The notes under the pieces were generated by a model. It was not told the origin of the DNA. It did not search any database and was given only the letters and a program-made list of their open reading frames with translations. Positions 10,051 through 20,448 of a stretch of 64,000 bases of DNA are shown piece by piece. Both the position numbers and the translations under genes were made by a program. The first letter of the stretch is position 1. Every line of letters starts with the position of its first letter. The stretch is from Promethearchaeia archaeon (GTDB lineage Archaea; Asgardarchaeota; Lokiarchaeia; Sigyniarchaeales; SOKP01), in the NCBI GenBank assembly GCA_029856155.1, contig JAHQWL010000023.1, forward strand, positions 32,001 through 96,000, read 5' to 3'.

Positions 10051-10812
10051 TTGAAAATGCTGATAGATGTACATTGTCATGCTAATCTCTATTTAGTTCT
10101 TGAGGAAATCATTAAAGATGCAAAAAATGTAGGAGTACAAAAGATAATCTCTGTAGGAATGAGTTTTATTAGTTTAGAAAGGATCTTAGAAATTTCAAAC
10201 AATTTTGATACAATTTATCCTGCTTTAGGTATCCACCCAGAAGAAGTGACGATGAATAAAAATATTGAGAATCAAATAGATTTAGTTATTAATTTAATTA
10301 AACAGAATAAAGAAAATATATGTGCCATTGGAGAAATCGGTTTGGATCATCACTTTATTAAAGAAAAAGAGCTATACCCACTTCAAAAAAAAATTTTTAA
10401 AAATATGCTTTCACTGGCCCAAGAATTAGATTTACCTGTTAATTTACATACAAAGGGAGCAGAAAAAATAGTTTTTGACATGTTACCATCATATAAAATT
10501 CCAAATATAAATATTCATTGGTATTCTGGTCCTGAAGATCTTCTGAATATAGGAATTGATAGAGGTTATTACTTCTCAATTACTCCTGCAATTAAATACT
10601 CTCCAGCAGTCAAAAAGACAGTAGAAAAGGTTGACAAAGAATTACTTTTACTTGAGAGTGATGGCCCAGTTAAATATTCGGGAAAAATCGGTACACCTGC
10701 AATGATTAGAGAAGTGTTAAATACAATCTCTAATATTAAAAAAATTGATCCTAAAGATTTAGAATTGCAGATTGAAGAAAACACTAAGAAAATTTTTCCT
10801 AAAATCTTTTGA
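10051..10812 (+). CDS. tatD: TatD family deoxyribonuclease
   Basis: DVHCH, GIHP, AIGEIGLD, LESDGP. Confidence 0.92.
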   Translation: MKMLIDVHCHANLYLVLEEIIKDAKNVGVQKIISVGMSFISLERILEISNNFDTIYPALGIHPEEVTMNKNIENQIDLVINLIKQNKENICAIGEIGLDHHFIKEKELYPLQKKIFKNMLSLAQELDLPVNLHTKGAEKIVFDMLPSYKIPNINIHWYSGPEDLLNIGIDRGYYFSITPAIKYSPAVKKTVEKVDKELLLLESDGPVKYSGKIGTPAMIREVLNTISNIKKIDPKDLELQIEENTKKIFPKIF

Positions 10813-10819
10813 ATTTTCT

Positions 10820-11872
10820 TTAGTTACCTTTAAGAGTTTTTTCTATACCTTCCCAAAGACCGGATATATAAATTGAACCAAGAGCTCTATCATATAATCC
10901 ATATCCGGGACGTCCTTTTTCTCCCCAAATCATTCTCCCATGGTCAGGACGAATCGCACCTGTGAAACCTACTTCTATAAAAGCTTTAATTACTTCATAC
11001 ATATTAATATCGCCAAATTCAGTAGGGTGTTCAACTTCATGAAAACTATATTCACCCGTATGTTTGATATTACGGCAATGAGCAAATGGAATACGTTCCA
11101 TAGCACCAAACTTTCTTATACTTTTTATTAAATCTATTTTTGGATTTGCACCCAAAGAGCCTGTACAAAAAGTTATTCCATTTGAGGGGCTATCAATAAT
11201 CTTTACAAAATGTTCTAAAGCAGCCTCATCAGTAATTATACGAGGTAAATTAAATATAGGCCATGGGGGATCATCGGGATGAATACCCATTTTAACACCA
11301 GATTCTTCTGCAACGGGAATAACTTGCTTTAAGAAATATTCCAAATTTAACCATAGTTTCTTTTCATCAGTATCGGAATAAGCATCTAATAGGTCATCCA
11401 ATTCTTTTTTTTTATATTGAGTTGCCCAACCAGGCAGTTCTAATGAATCTTTCCTAAGATTGAAATTTTTTAATTTTTCATGATCATAACTTAGAACATT
11501 TGAGCCATCAGAGATTTCCAAATTAAGTTCAGTACGCGTCCAATCAAAAATCGGCATAAAGTTATAGCATAAAACTCTTATACCAAGAGAACCCATATTA
11601 CGAATACTTTGACAATAGTTCTCTATAAATTTGTCGCGAGTGGGAAGCCCAAGCTTGATATCTTCGTGAACAGGTATACTTTCGATTACTGAAAATTTTA
11701 AACCTACAGCTTCAATCTTTTTTTTAAGCAATCTTAATTTATCAATAGGCCATACTTCACCTACTGGCACATCATATAATGCTGATACAATTCCAGTTAC
11801 TCTCGGGATCTGTTTTATATACTTTAGAGGGATTAGATCGATATCACCATACCAGCGGAATGTCATTTCCAT
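10820..11872 (-). CDS. uxuA: mannonate dehydratase
   Basis: MTFRWYG, CYNFMPIFDWTRT, HPDDPPW, RPDHGRMIW, PGYGLYDRALG. Confidence 0.96.
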   Translation of the reverse strand: MEMTFRWYGDIDLIPLKYIKQIPRVTGIVSALYDVPVGEVWPIDKLRLLKKKIEAVGLKFSVIESIPVHEDIKLGLPTRDKFIENYCQSIRNMGSLGIRVLCYNFMPIFDWTRTELNLEISDGSNVLSYDHEKLKNFNLRKDSLELPGWATQYKKKELDDLLDAYSDTDEKKLWLNLEYFLKQVIPVAEESGVKMGIHPDDPPWPIFNLPRIITDEAALEHFVKIIDSPSNGITFCTGSLGANPKIDLIKSIRKFGAMERIPFAHCRNIKHTGEYSFHEVEHPTEFGDINMYEVIKAFIEVGFTGAIRPDHGRMIWGEKGRPGYGLYDRALGSIYISGLWEGIEKTLKGN

Positions 11873-11899
11873 TTTAATTCACCTTAAATAATTAAAATT

Positions 11900-12757
11900 T
11901 TACACACCCGCATATGCAGAAAACCCACCATCGACGGGGATTACAATTCCATTAACAAAACTAGAAGCTTTTTCATCAATTAACCATAGAAGAGTTCCAA
12001 TTAATTCTTCTGGTTCGCCAAAACGTCCCATTGGAGTGTTATTAAGAATTTTTTCTGCTCGAGTGTTAAATGAACCATCTTTATTAGTTAATAATATACG
12101 ATTTTGTTCTGTTAAAAAAAAGCCCGGTGCTATAGCATTAACGCGGATGTTTACTTTAGACATATGTACTGCCAACCACTGAGTAAAGTTACTTACTGCT
12201 GCTTTTGCGGCACTGTAGGCGGGGATTTTAGTTAAAGGACGAATGGCATTCATTGATGCTATATTAATAATTATAGCCTCTTTTTCAGTTATCATTTTTT
12301 TAGCAAACGCTTGAGTTGATAAAAACATTCCAATAAAATTCAAATTGAAGATAAATTCAATGCCTTCTTTTTCTAAATCAAAAAAAGTAATAATTTCTTT
12401 TTGTTTATTTGTTAAATCTTCCTTGGTTAGATATTCCTTTGATGTTGTAGCTTTTGGATGATTTCCTCCTGCTCCATTTATCAAGATACTCCAAGAGCCA
12501 AATTCTTTTGAAATAATTCTTTCAGCTTTCTGTAGACTTTCCATATCTAATACATTTGCCTTAACAGCGATTGCAACTCCTTGTTTTGCTGCAATTTTAT
12601 CCACTAGGTTCTCAGCCGCATCTTTATTAATGTCGATAATAGCAACTTTAACTCCACATGCTGCCAGAGCTTCTGAAAAACATCCACAGAGGACCCCAGC
12701 ACCACCCGTTATTATTGCAACTTTATCTTTTAAATTGCTCTTGAAAGGTAAATTCAT
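11900..12757 (-). CDS. D-mannonate oxidoreductase, SDR family (UxuB-like)
   Basis: TGGAGVL, NGAGGNHP, PLTKIPAYSAAK, DGGFSAYAGV; adjacent to uxuA. Confidence 0.85.
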   Translation of the reverse strand: MNLPFKSNLKDKVAIITGGAGVLCGCFSEALAACGVKVAIIDINKDAAENLVDKIAAKQGVAIAVKANVLDMESLQKAERIISKEFGSWSILINGAGGNHPKATTSKEYLTKEDLTNKQKEIITFFDLEKEGIEFIFNLNFIGMFLSTQAFAKKMITEKEAIIINIASMNAIRPLTKIPAYSAAKAAVSNFTQWLAVHMSKVNIRVNAIAPGFFLTEQNRILLTNKDGSFNTRAEKILNNTPMGRFGEPEELIGTLLWLIDEKASSFVNGIVIPVDGGFSAYAGV

Positions 12758-12841
12758 ATAAATCTCACGAATTTTTAATTGAATTTAAGTAATTTAAAGG
12801 AAAAAATAATAATTCCTAATATAATATTGCATACTATAGTA

Positions 12842-13846
12842 TTAGTCTTTTTCCATGAACTTAATAATTTCTTCTGGGAGTTCTCCTTTATTTTTCATAC
12901 GAAATAACATATCTTTTACTTCAGAGATTGTATTTCCATAAATGTGTAGAGAATTACTGAAATCTAAATAATGTCCAATATCAACTCCTAGTTGATCAGC
13001 AACATATTTTTGAATCCTTATCATCCCATTTACATTAGCTTCCCATGCTCTAAATAGATCTCTGCTTCTCCAAGTTGTTTGCATTATTAGTTTCCTATCT
13101 TTTATACGCATAAAGATACGTTGTAAACAAGGAGGATCTACATGATAAGGATCTACTAGCGGTCTCCATGTTATTGCTTGCGCTCGACGGCTATATGGTT
13201 TTTCTCTCAATTTCTGAATTATATATTCGATTTGATTAATTCTTGGAAAATTTAAAATCCCTATTGGTATTTTATCTATACCAATTTTATCTGAAATTTT
13301 TTTGTCTAATTCAAATTCTACACCATCTTTTAGCTTCCATATAACTGTATCTTCTGAAGTTTTTATCTTTTCTGCTTTAATTAACTTCTGATGGTTTTTT
13401 ATAAAATCATTATCCACAAATTCTAAATCATAATATTTATGAATTGTATCTTCAAGAGCAAATGGAGCATAATTGAAAATTCTATCATGGTATGAATATG
13501 GAAAACTCACTCCAGACTCATATAAAAAATGATCATTTACTCCTTCTAAAATCTCTTCAATATAACCGCTCTGTATAGATCCAACTAAATAGGTATCTGC
13601 CATACAGCCATAGATTTCATAAGAATTTCCATACTTTGATTTAATTTTCATAATTTTGTCCTTTCGCATAATAGGACTGTTAAATGGATTAATGATTTCT
13701 ATTAATACTGTAGCATCTTTAGATGGTGGATCTTCAGGTTTATCATATTCAGTTTTTATATCATCTCCATTGAATAATACTTGCCCCACAGCTGAAAGCC
13801 ACGAGTCTCGAACATTATCTTTTGAAATGAAAAAAACTTTTGCCAT
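12842..13846 (-). CDS. thyA: archaeal-type thymidylate synthase with an internal insertion
   Basis: YSYHDRI, SRRAQAITW, PPCL, RSRD, AN, SLHIY. Confidence 0.8.
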   Translation of the reverse strand: MAKVFFISKDNVRDSWLSAVGQVLFNGDDIKTEYDKPEDPPSKDATVLIEIINPFNSPIMRKDKIMKIKSKYGNSYEIYGCMADTYLVGSIQSGYIEEILEGVNDHFLYESGVSFPYSYHDRIFNYAPFALEDTIHKYYDLEFVDNDFIKNHQKLIKAEKIKTSEDTVIWKLKDGVEFELDKKISDKIGIDKIPIGILNFPRINQIEYIIQKLREKPYSRRAQAITWRPLVDPYHVDPPCLQRIFMRIKDRKLIMQTTWRSRDLFRAWEANVNGMIRIQKYVADQLGVDIGHYLDFSNSLHIYGNTISEVKDMLFRMKNKGELPEEIIKFMEKD

Positions 13847-14138
13847 TTTTGAGCATCTTGAAAAAAATATTTCAATATATATTGATATAGATATTTAATA
13901 TTTACAATATTAGAATGCAATTGTTAAAAATTTAATAAACTTCTATTGAGTATTATAAATTTTTAATTTTCATATATAAGTATATTTTTGTTTACGGTTA
14001 TTTGACAATTTCATAACATTTATAATGCCCAAATTTACATTATGTTAATATAAGAATATGCAAATATTTTATCAGAATTTATTTTAAAGAAATAAATATG
14101 AATAACAAAATAATAAACTAACAATTGGTTGAAGTATT

Positions 14139-14339
14139 ATGGGTGACGATAAGGAAAAAAAGAAAAAAAGTAAATTTGGAAAGAATTTAAAGAAAGGTTT
14201 TGCAAAGGGGTTAGGGAAAATAGTGGAAGGAGTTACTGGCTCAGAAGCAGCAGGTAAAGGTGTAAAAAAAACTGTTAAATCTGGAAGCGTGAAGAAAGGG
14301 ATTAAGAAGGGAGTTAAGGAAGCAAAAGAGGATGATTAA
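14139..14339 (+). CDS. small Lys/Gly-rich basic protein
   Basis: Isolated 66-aa ORF with purine-rich coding bias and a downstream T-tract. Confidence 0.6.
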   Translation: MGDDKEKKKKSKFGKNLKKGFAKGLGKIVEGVTGSEAAGKGVKKTVKSGSVKKGIKKGVKEAKEDD

Positions 14340-14459
14340 TTCTATTTAAGAAATTAAAATTTTTATCTTAACTTTTTATTTTTTATTATCATTAAATTTT
14401 TAATGACTAGACTTTATTAAATTTATAGAAATTATTAATAGAAGAGTTTATATCTAAAT

Positions 14460-14750
14460 ATGAAATTAAATCTCGAATTTTCTCCACCTTTTAACGAAGT
14501 AACTAAAAACCTGTTTGAAGTTCTCGAATTTGATAAAGAATTGACTTTGGATGAATTAATAGAATTTTTTGGGAAAAAGTATGGCAATGAGATTTTAGAC
14601 TTAATCTGGGAAAAAGGAGAGAAAGGAAAATTTCAAAAACTAATTTCAATTATTATTAATGGAAGGAGTTATCGTGATAATAAATTTTTAGAAACAAAGC
14701 TGAAAGATGGAGACCAGATTGTATTTATATATATCTATTTTGGAGGGTAA
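14460..14750 (+). CDS. MoaD/ThiS/SAMP ubiquitin-like protein
   Basis: IIING...TKLKDGD..C-terminal GG. Confidence 0.88.
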   Translation: MKLNLEFSPPFNEVTKNLFEVLEFDKELTLDELIEFFGKKYGNEILDLIWEKGEKGKFQKLISIIINGRSYRDNKFLETKLKDGDQIVFIYIYFGG

Positions 14751-14792
14751 TTTTCCTTAATTTTACATCATCATTTTTTACCTGACACTATT

Positions 14793-15824
14793 TTAAAGCA
14801 AATATATTATCCACATTCCAAATCCAGTTAATATCGGATTTAAAATATTGTCAGAAATATTCTTTGTAAAAGCATCTACTAATAAAAATAATATAGTAGC
14901 AATCAGACCCATAAGAATAATTTTTTCAATACTAACTGATAACCAAGGATTATAAAACACTGAAATTAAAAAAACTATTATAAAGGTCGCAAAACCACCA
15001 GCGATGAACCCTTCAATAGTTTTTTTATTATTTGTTTTAAGCCTATGTTTCCCATATTTTTTACCTATTAGACACGCTACCGCATCAGCTCCAGTAGCTA
15101 TTAAAGCGACTGATGCAAGAATTGGAAAAGGTGCGAATATAAAAGGAACAAAAGATAGAACTAAAGGTGTAGATGCTACGAATGTGTGTAATTCACTTTG
15201 TTTCATATCTTGATACCAACGTTTAGCCCAATTAGGAAGCATATAAAATCTATTTAATCGTGCCAAATCCGCAACTTGAAACATTATAACAAAACTAAAT
15301 CCTACAGTGATTATCAACCAGTATGAGAAACTATAATTATCTAATCCCCATTGAGTTAAAATGCCTAGATGATTAAGGATCGTTCCTAATGTCCAAAAGA
15401 AAAAAATTACAAAACAAGTAAACAGATGCAGAAATTTTCTCCCTAATTCACTTTTTAAATCATCTTTCCAATTTTTGTTAAATTCATCACAGAATTTACC
15501 ATAATCTCTTTCTGCCATAATTTTTGGATTTCTTTTTGAGATGATAGTATTATAGATTAATGTAAGAGCCCAAACTCCCATCTCAATCAAAAAAAAGAGG
15601 GATGTCGAGAGCCATAAATAATTCAATGAATTTTGACTCAAATTGGGTGAATGAAAACGATATATAAAAGGAAATAAAATTCCTGCTAATAAAAACAGTA
15701 ATGATAATAATAACTCATTGGCAAATAAATGATTTTCAACCTTAGTTTTTCTATTTTTTATAATATAAATTAATGTTAAAATAAAATATCCAATGAAGAT
15801 TAGGCTTGTAGGTAAAAAATTCAT
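14793..15824 (-). CDS. CTP-dependent isoprenoid-alcohol/diacylglycerol kinase family membrane protein
   Basis: RKFLH, ADAVACLIGKKYG, KKTIEG, SDN. Confidence 0.8.
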   Translation of the reverse strand: MNFLPTSLIFIGYFILTLIYIIKNRKTKVENHLFANELLLSLLFLLAGILFPFIYRFHSPNLSQNSLNYLWLSTSLFFLIEMGVWALTLIYNTIISKRNPKIMAERDYGKFCDEFNKNWKDDLKSELGRKFLHLFTCFVIFFFWTLGTILNHLGILTQWGLDNYSFSYWLIITVGFSFVIMFQVADLARLNRFYMLPNWAKRWYQDMKQSELHTFVASTPLVLSFVPFIFAPFPILASVALIATGADAVACLIGKKYGKHRLKTNNKKTIEGFIAGGFATFIIVFLISVFYNPWLSVSIEKIILMGLIATILFLLVDAFTKNISDNILNPILTGFGMWIIYLL

Positions 15825-15894
15825 ATTGTTAACCTTTAAAGGTGAATAGTTTAAAAATTTTTACAGCTTCAGACAAATTCAATTTCACTCCTAA

Positions 15895-17013
15895 TTAAAA
15901 CCACATTAAGATAAATGAATAATAATTAAAGTTAAGAAAGTATCTTAAGAGCACAAATATTAGACTACAACCAATTGGGATTAGGAGATTATCTGACAGT
16001 TTAATAGGTTTATTTGTGAAAATATCAAAAATTAAAAATGCTAAAGAAAAAATTACGCCCCAATAAATCCCGATAAAGAAAAAGCAAATAATAAAGGTTG
16101 TAAACATTCCTGCTAATGATCCTTCCCATGTCTTTTTTTTGTTCCACAGAATATTACTGGTTCCGAATCTTATACCAACTTGACTTGTAGCCAAATCACT
16201 AATAGAACTTATACCTAAAATAGTAAAAAAAACCATTGGAGGACAAATAAAAGCAGCAAACATTTGACCAATCGCAAAATAAAGATATGTACCAAAATTT
16301 TCTCTCTCCTCATCAGAAAGATATAGCTTTGGGAAAATAGTAAAAGGGAATGAAAAAAAGCGAGTTTTACGTGCAAACTCATTAGCAAGCATAAATAAAC
16401 TTAATATATAAAAAAAGAAAAACAGGAGATAATAAAACCACCCAAATGAAAACATAATATCCCTAATTGAATTTGGTTCATTTAGAATTCTAATATACAC
16501 TAATAACATATTATTTTCGGTAGGAATCATTCCAGTTGAGGACCCTGTAAAAAATACTACCAGATATAGTCCAATGTACCACACAACTAGAAGACCAATG
16601 AATATTAAAATATGATTTAGCTTTCGAAAGGTGTCTTTTTTAGCTTTGCTCCAGAGCTTACGTTTCTCTAACAATTTATTATTAAACTTTGAAAAATCTT
16701 TTCTTAGTTTTTTTTTATTTAGAGATACTACCCCCGTAGATATTATTATTAGTACCACTACAAAAGCCAATGGAATCCCTAAAGCAAAAAAAAACAAAGG
16801 AACTATAATTGGTGGTAGCAATATTTCCTGATTCATTAATATTAGAAATATAGCGATATGAATAAATACAAAAAATAGAGTGCCAAATCCAAATAAATTA
16901 TTTAAAATATCGGGTTTATATGAAAAATGGATATAATTAAAAAGAATAAGAAAATAAGAGAAAATAATTAAGGAGAACCAGATTAGAATGTATTCCATAA
17001 TTTTTATAACCAA
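15895..17013 (-). CDS. CTP-dependent isoprenoid-alcohol/diacylglycerol kinase family membrane protein (paralog)
   Basis: RKLNH, SDLATSQVGIRFG, KKTWEGS, SDNLLIP. Confidence 0.8.
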   Translation of the reverse strand: MVIKIMEYILIWFSLIIFSYFLILFNYIHFSYKPDILNNLFGFGTLFFVFIHIAIFLILMNQEILLPPIIVPLFFFALGIPLAFVVVLIIISTGVVSLNKKKLRKDFSKFNNKLLEKRKLWSKAKKDTFRKLNHILIFIGLLVVWYIGLYLVVFFTGSSTGMIPTENNMLLVYIRILNEPNSIRDIMFSFGWFYYLLFFFFYILSLFMLANEFARKTRFFSFPFTIFPKLYLSDEERENFGTYLYFAIGQMFAAFICPPMVFFTILGISSISDLATSQVGIRFGTSNILWNKKKTWEGSLAGMFTTFIICFFFIGIYWGVIFSLAFLIFDIFTNKPIKLSDNLLIPIGCSLIFVLLRYFLNFNYYSFILMWF

Positions 17014-17163
17014 ATTTATAATTATTATATATTTGGTAATTAAAATAAATTAAATATATGGATTACTTGTTCCACTGAAATTATTAATTTTTAATAAAAA
17101 CTGTATGAAAAAATTTACAAAAAAACTGATCTTATAATAAGTTAGTCTTTAAATTCCAAGAAT

Positions 17164-17775
17164 GTGAAAATAAGTTTGAAAAAAATCATCTTAGCTTCTA
17201 AATCAATTGATAGAAGTGAATTGTTTAAACGAGCAGGGATTTCATTTGAAATATTTGCTACTAACATTGATGAAGAAAAATACAAAAGGACTTTCCCAGA
17301 CGGGATTGAACTTGTAAAAGAACTTGCTAAAGCAAAAGTGGTATTTGCGAAAAACAAATTGATTAATAATAAAGAAAATGCTATAATTGTTGCAGCAGAT
17401 ACAATTGTAGAACTTGACGGAGAAATTATCGGGAAAGCTCACAGTGAAGAAGAAGCGTTTGAAATCCTTAAAAAAATGATGGGAAGAACACATAGACTTA
17501 TAACAGGAATTGCAGTTACTGAAATTAAAAATCCAAAAATAGTCTTGGATTCAGATACCACATTTGTTGAATTTCTTGAACTCACTGATGAAGAAATAAG
17601 AGAATATATTAAATCAAATGAATGGAAGGGACGTGCTGGAGCTTATTCAATAAGAGATAAGGCAAGCTTGTTTATAAAAAAAATAAATGGTTCGTCTTCC
17701 AATGTAATAGGCTTATCAATGCACAAATTATATCTAATATTAAGAAAAGAATTTCAGATAAATTTATTTTCCTGA
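17164..17775 (+). CDS. maf: Maf family nucleoside triphosphate pyrophosphatase
   Basis: ILASKS..R, AADTIV, IIGK, GRAGAY, NVIGL. Confidence 0.92.
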   Translation: MKISLKKIILASKSIDRSELFKRAGISFEIFATNIDEEKYKRTFPDGIELVKELAKAKVVFAKNKLINNKENAIIVAADTIVELDGEIIGKAHSEEEAFEILKKMMGRTHRLITGIAVTEIKNPKIVLDSDTTFVEFLELTDEEIREYIKSNEWKGRAGAYSIRDKASLFIKKINGSSSNVIGLSMHKLYLILRKEFQINLFS

Positions 17776-17951
17776 TAACTCCTTCCAAACTTTTAAATCT
17801 TCATAAAATTTTAACATCTTTTCAAATTTGGAAATTCTATTATCATAATAAGCATGATCAGCATACTTTCTTTTAGATAACTCTTTTGCAGCCAAAATTC
17901 CATTTTTATACCGAGTTATTTTTTCTTCAATCACATTTTTTTTTCATTCAT
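17764..17951 (-). CDS. small hypothetical protein (~62 aa), apparently frameshifted at an A9 run
   Basis: ATG at 17951; the frame VIEEKITRYKNG...WKELSGK* is reached only with one extra A (or from GTG). Confidence 0.4.
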
Positions 17952-18016
17952 ATTTTTATTTAAAACACAAAAATATCACGGTATTATCCTATCAAAAGAT
18001 ATAAGCATTGAATATA

Positions 18017-18961
18017 TTATTTTAATGATAAAATTTTCTTCAATTCTTCTTCTTTTACATTTAACAATTCTGAATGAGGAAGTCTTTCAGTAAGTAAGCG
18101 CCAATTGTTATCTTTTTTGAATATCCTTTTAAACAATATTAATGCTTGAACCATTTGATTTTGATTTGCTAAAGAAACTGCTGTCCAATATATCATTTCC
18201 AAATTGTCCGGGAACATTTTCTGTGCAATATCATATTCTTCAAGTGCTTTTCCCATATCTCCTTTCTCTATTGCGAGATCTCCATTATTCATATGTTCAT
18301 AAGCACGAAAAATCTTTAATAATCTGCTTAATTCTTTCAATGGCTCTTTATGATCCTCCACTCTAAGATCAATTAAAGGATCTTCCCATTTATTCTCTAT
18401 TGGTTCACTGGCAACTATTAATATCGCAGCAGATTGTTTACCTCTTATATCACCTCCAACTGATTCTGCAGCTTCTAGACTTTTAATTATTCGCTCGGGT
18501 AATGATAAATTATAACATTTTTCAAATGCATCAGCCATTGCTGGCCATACTTCATCAGAAAGCATCATATTTGCCTGAACAGAAAAATTATTACCAATTT
18601 TATGTCCAGCATTTTTTATACATTTTAACCCAGTGTGTGTGGCTACACGCCCTTGGGAATCTAAAATAGCTACTTGTCTAACATCTCTTCCATCATCATC
18701 TGAGATTAGGATATTAATTGCTTCTTGAGGAGATTTACCCTGTTTTAGAAGTTCAAGTCCTCGTAAACCGAAAGATTTATTGACAAGCGATTGCGTAGCA
18801 ACAACTCCAGCACCCGCTTCTCCCCATGAAACAACACTACCTACTGAAAACCAGTGGCTTTGCACTCCAACCCCCATTTCACCAGTTTTAGGATCTCTTG
18901 CAACAATAGAATATGTATGCGCTAAAATCTTACTATTTAATTGATTACTTATTTGAGTCAT
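18017..18961 (-). CDS. DUF1028 Ntn-hydrolase-like protein with C-terminal TPR
   Basis: HTYSIVARDP, VATQS, GGDIRGKQSAA, DLRVEDH; TPR-like tail. Confidence 0.88.
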   Translation of the reverse strand: MTQISNQLNSKILAHTYSIVARDPKTGEMGVGVQSHWFSVGSVVSWGEAGAGVVATQSLVNKSFGLRGLELLKQGKSPQEAINILISDDDGRDVRQVAILDSQGRVATHTGLKCIKNAGHKIGNNFSVQANMMLSDEVWPAMADAFEKCYNLSLPERIIKSLEAAESVGGDIRGKQSAAILIVASEPIENKWEDPLIDLRVEDHKEPLKELSRLLKIFRAYEHMNNGDLAIEKGDMGKALEEYDIAQKMFPDNLEMIYWTAVSLANQNQMVQALILFKRIFKKDNNWRLLTERLPHSELLNVKEEELKKILSLK

Positions 18962-19103
18962 ATTTATTAAATTATTTTAGCCATAAAATAAAGTTTTATT
19001 AGATACTTCTTATTATTAAAATATTTCAAAAATGAAAAAAATTAAAATCTTTAATAATTTGAAAACTTAATAAAAATAATTCTATCAATAGAGATGAATA
19101 AAT

Positions 19104-19439
19104 TTGACAAAACATTATAAAAATGAACAATTAATGAAATTTCTAGTTATCATCGGAGCTATTGTAGGTCTTCTCACCATAATTTTAAGACTTGCTCATT
19201 TGGAAAACTATGGCTATGTTGATGCTTTAGTAGCATTAGATGAGATAGTTATTTTCATCGTTGGGTTAGTTATAGTAATTCTAACATTTTTAGTTGCTTT
19301 AAAACCGAATAATCCAATTCCGTTCCATTGGCTTGTTTTAATTATATTTGCTATACTATTAGTGGTATTCGGTGCGGGAATTTGGGCATGTGTTTTAGTT
19401 CTAATAGCTGGATTGATTGGTCTTATTGAAGATTTATAA
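19104..19439 (+). CDS. small membrane protein
   Basis: 3-4 hydrophobic helices. Confidence 0.6.
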   Translation: MTKHYKNEQLMKFLVIIGAIVGLLTIILRLAHLENYGYVDALVALDEIVIFIVGLVIVILTFLVALKPNNPIPFHWLVLIIFAILLVVFGAGIWACVLVLIAGLIGLIEDL

Positions 19440-19494
19440 GACAATTGTTTTAAATTAAAACTTTTTTTAATTTTTTTTTATATTATAACCTTAA

Positions 19495-20367
19495 CTAAGA
19501 TTGAGTATTTTCAATAAAGTAATTAACAATTTCCTCTCCTAAATTAATATCTGAAACTTTCTGTATTGCGGTAAATCCTGGAATTGAATTGACTTCAAGT
19601 ACAGAAAATCCTTCTTCACTTTCTAATATATCAACCCCTGCAATTTCAGTTTTAGTTATTTTTGCGGCTTTAATTGCTAGTTTTTTTAGTTCATTAGTTA
19701 ATTCTATAGGTTCAGCTTTGGCACCAGCATAAATATTTGTTTTCCAACTATCACTAACTCTATACATACCTGCAATAGCTTTATTTCCTAATATCAGAAT
19801 TCTAATATCTCGGTTCTGATGATGAACAAATTCTTGTAAATAGAAAACTTGATTTAACTGTGCAAGCGAGTAGATTATATTTTCTGCAAATGATTTATCA
19901 TTCAATCTAGTTATCCCTATTCCCTTTGAACCATACAAGGGTTTTAAGACACAATCGCCTCCTAATTCATCAAAAGCATCTAGTGCTTTATGGGGATCTT
20001 CGCAAATTACTGTTTTTGGTGTAGCAATATCATGATTTTCCAAAAAAACCGATGTCAGAAATTTATCGCTTGCGATTTCTAATGATTCTCTTGAATTAAT
20101 TAATTTTATATCGTATTCTTCCAATGCTCTTAAAATATCAAGCCTAAAAAATATTCTTTGAGTAGCAGCGGCCCCAAACCCTCTGACAAGGGCGGCCTTA
20201 GGTTCAAGATGTTCAAATTGTTCGTAAAACTTACGCTGAAAACCAATCCCTACTTTTATAGTTGAGGGAATAAAGTATTGAACATCATAACCACGACTTT
20301 TCAATTCATTTGAGAGAATTTGAACTTCGGGATCTAAAGAATTCGGACTTATAATCATTGATTTCAT
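19495..20367 (-). CDS. RimK/MptN-family ATP-grasp alpha-L-glutamate ligase
   Basis: VLKPLYGSKG, YLQEFV, RDIR, WKTNI, AGVD, LEVNSIPGF. Confidence 0.88.
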   Translation of the reverse strand: MKSMIISPNSLDPEVQILSNELKSRGYDVQYFIPSTIKVGIGFQRKFYEQFEHLEPKAALVRGFGAAATQRIFFRLDILRALEEYDIKLINSRESLEIASDKFLTSVFLENHDIATPKTVICEDPHKALDAFDELGGDCVLKPLYGSKGIGITRLNDKSFAENIIYSLAQLNQVFYLQEFVHHQNRDIRILILGNKAIAGMYRVSDSWKTNIYAGAKAEPIELTNELKKLAIKAAKITKTEIAGVDILESEEGFSVLEVNSIPGFTAIQKVSDINLGEEIVNYFIENTQS

Positions 20368-20448
20368 TTTAATTTCACTTTAAAATAAATTACTTAATTA
20401 ATCTATAGCACTAATTTTTAAATAAATTTAAGTTCTTATAAATTATAT

